From the NCBI GenBank assembly GCA_044222185.1, contig JBGANV010000001.1, positions 288,001 to 352,000 of the forward strand: a stretch of 64,000 nt of DNA. The letters are read 5' to 3'. The translations under genes were made by a program, and so were the position numbers. The stretch is from Planctomycetota bacterium. Its GTDB lineage: Bacteria > Planctomycetota > GCA-002687715 > CAIWVZ01. Positions 61,927-64,000 of the stretch are shown here, piece after piece. Within the stretch, counting starts at the first letter, position 1. Each line of letters opens with the position of its first letter. The notes beneath the pieces are model-generated. The model saw only the letters and a list, made by a program, of their open reading frames with translations. It had not been told where the DNA came from and searched no databases.

Positions 61927-62187
61927 GATCTCGGACGCCGTCACTCCGCGCCGTCCAACGCCGATCCTGAGCATCCCGGGTCGGCAGCGGCGCCGTCCAC
62001 GCACGACGCCGCGGACGGTGCGGCGCCCTTTTCGACGCGCGTGATCCCGAAACGAGTCACTCCTCGGAGTCATGGGTGTGCACGAGCGGCCACCCCCAGC
62101 CGGCCCTCGTGCACGGTGACGGGCCGTGCGACGGGGACGAGGTGCGCTTCGTCCATCGTCGCTGCGGCCTCAGCCGGAGATCACGCC

Positions 62188-62949
62188 ATCGAGCACGACC
62201 GTGATGATCGTCGAGCCTGGATGAAACGCGCCGGTGCCGGACTGTTCGGGCTCGGTGCCGCATCGTTGATGGCGGGCGTCGGCCGGGCCGCAACGCGCGG
62301 GTCGTCGCCCGGGATCGTGCTCCCGTCGCCGTCGCCGGCCCCGAGCGTGGTCGGCGTCCTCGCGGCCCGCCGGCAGGTCGCGCCCACGCCGTCGAACGCT
62401 CTCGGCCCCAATTACGTCGCCAACATGCCGGTGCGGTCCGACATCGTCGAGACGCAACAGGGGTTGCCGCTTCGGCTCTTCTGTCGCGTGATCAACGCCG
62501 TTACGGAGGCGCCGATCAGCGGTGCGACCGTCGACGCATGGCAGGCGAACGCCTGCGGCATCGACTCGGGATTCGCTGCGCAGGGCACGGCAGGGCAGAC
62601 GTTCCTTCGTGGAGTCCAACCGACGGCGGCCGACGGACGGTGCTGGTTCGACACGGTCTTCCCGGGCTGGTACCAGGGAACGACCGCTCACATCCACGCG
62701 TGAGTGAGGCCATCGGCGACGTCGACCCAGATCCTCACGACGCAGTTCTTCTTCGGAGAACTCTGGAGCTACCCCGGGCTGGGGGTGAACGCCGCGGTCT
62801 ACCTGTACATCTCGCCCCATGCGGCTTGCGGCGCGCCGCAGGCGACAAACCAATCGGACGGCCTGTTCAACCAGAACCTCGTCATGGTGACGGCCCTTCC
62901 GCCGAGCGGTGCGTTCGGCCTGTGGGCCGGGTTCATCGTCGCGTTGTGA
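62188..62949 (+). pseudogene. Tat-signal intradiol ring-cleavage dioxygenase-like gene with an in-frame stop
   Basis: DRRAWMK twin-arginine signal; GPNY, VDAWQANACG, FLRGVQPT, FPGWY..HIHA then TGA (62701-62703) and an in-frame continuation VRP..TTQFFF; ATC lies where the start codon is expected after GGAGA. Confidence 0.75.
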
Positions 62950-63003
62950 AATGGGGGCGCGCGCCACGCAGAGCGTCCACGAGGCGCGCGCGTTGGATCC
63001 GAG

Positions 63004-64000
63004 TCACGGCCCGACGTGGAGGACGATTCCGTTCGTGACCGAGACTCCCGCCGGGGCCGTGGGGTCGGCGATCGCGCCCTGGAACGTCGCCACGAGCGGC
63101 GACGTGATCGCGGGAACGAGCCAGCTCCACGGTGCCGGCGGCACCTGAAGCAGTGCCTCGTTGCCTACACTCGACGCGAGCCAGAGCGTGGGGCTCCCGG
63201 GACCCGGAGGCGGCATGCAGAACTGGCCGATGGGCGATGGCGTCAGCATCGATGGCGTTGGCTCGCCGAGCATCACGAACACCGCCATGTCGGCGTTTCC
63301 CACCGGCGGGAGCATCCGGATCGTGAATGGAACGCCGAGGGGCTCGAAGGCAGAGCGTGTGGAGATCCAGCCGAGCTGCGAACTCATCGAAAGCACCGGA
63401 ATCGGGACGCCGACGGATTCACCGACCCGACTGTCGAGGCACGACCGCGAGATGAAGACGCCTGCCACCGGTGGCTCGCCGCCAACCGAACAAACGCCGC
63501 TCATCACGATGTCTCGGCCGCCGCCGTCGTCGTAGGTCGCGGTGACCACTCCGTCTCCGATCGGCGTGTTCGCGACCACATCCCACGCCGTGCCGTTCCA
63601 GCGCGTGATCCCCGACCCCGCGATGTCGAGGTGCAGTCGTGGCCCGCTTCCGGAGTCGTAGGCGAACAGCCGCCCAGGGCCTGGGGCGCCGCCAGCGAGT
63701 GGCTCCCAACCGGCAGTCCCGAGTCGCGCCACGTTGTTCAGGCCGCCCATCACGAACGATCCGCTGACGAACACGTGAGGCCCCGTCCCATCGTCGAGAA
63801 CTTCGATGGACTCCGCCGTTCCGTAGCAGAGGTAGGGGATGTTCTCGTAGTCGCAGTCCGCGAACCCGCCGAGCGTCGTCAACGCGGTGCCACTCCATTG
63901 CAACGCGATGCCTTGTCTCGAGTAGGGCGTCCACGCGATGTCGTACGTTGCGAAGAGCGCTGGCCCGACAGAATCCGTCCTTTGGATCAGCGACGTGAAC
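63004..64000 (-). CDS. Secreted beta-propeller-like protein with shared C-terminal domain (5'-truncated by window edge)
   Basis: Frame is open to the window end; repeats VLDDGTGP/YDSGSGP/YDDGGG and RWNGTAW; ends TFQGAIADPTAPAGVSVTNGIVLHVGP. Confidence 0.75.
   Translation of the reverse strand, partial: FTSLIQRTDSVGPALFATYDIAWTPYSRQGIALQWSGTALTTLGGFADCDYENIPYLCYGTAESIEVLDDGTGPHVFVSGSFVMGGLNNVARLGTAGWEPLAGGAPGPGRLFAYDSGSGPRLHLDIAGSGITRWNGTAWDVVANTPIGDGVVTATYDDGGGRDIVMSGVCSVGGEPPVAGVFISRSCLDSRVGESVGVPIPVLSMSSQLGWISTRSAFEPLGVPFTIRMLPPVGNADMAVFVMLGEPTPSMLTPSPIGQFCMPPPGPGSPTLWLASSVGNEALLQVPPAPWSWLVPAITSPLVATFQGAIADPTAPAGVSVTNGIVLHVGP

Noticed and set aside
56980-62073. Long antisense ORFs (e.g. 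56980-59163 and 59839-62073; likewise 17161-19221 and 6572-8440)
   Set aside because: Arg/Gly/Ala-rich shadow frames typical of high-GC DNA, lying opposite motif-supported genes.
62701-62760. Selenocysteine or programmed readthrough at the in-frame TGA
   Set aside because: The position is normally Lys/Arg rather than Cys, no convincing SECIS hairpin is visible, and other inactivating changes are present.
45338-64000. tRNA-anchored genomic island or prophage
   Set aside because: No integrase, transposase or phage genes and no duplicated tRNA 3' end noticed; composition looks similar to the rest. An island extending beyond the window cannot be excluded.

Overview
A 64 kb, very GC-rich bacterial chromosomal window whose gene content (secreted FG-GAP/Kelch proteins, ECF sigma factor plus Ser/Thr kinase-FGE module) suggests an uncultured Planctomycetota lineage; the taxonomy is an inference. 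It contains rluD-prkA-yeaH-spoVR, a probable ceramide/sphingolipid cluster (Spt, bCerS-like, CerR-like, AUR1/IPC-synthase-like PAP2, nearby GT2s), a PP2C phosphatase, 2-oxoacid dehydrogenase E1 alpha/beta, an ABC exporter, two ECF systems, an ArnT/GT2/LAB_N glycosylation locus, tRNA-Arg(ACG), a REP-like tandem repeat and two pseudogenes. Most striking: (1) a 12 kb operon of eight tightly coupled secreted amidohydrolase paralogues (nine domains) in which only one keeps the full metal-binding site, suggesting a hetero-oligomeric enzyme/pseudoenzyme complex; (2) a shared ~110-140 aa terminal domain on about eight otherwise unrelated secreted proteins, a candidate sorting/anchoring domain. All calls come from manual motif reading; no database search was run.
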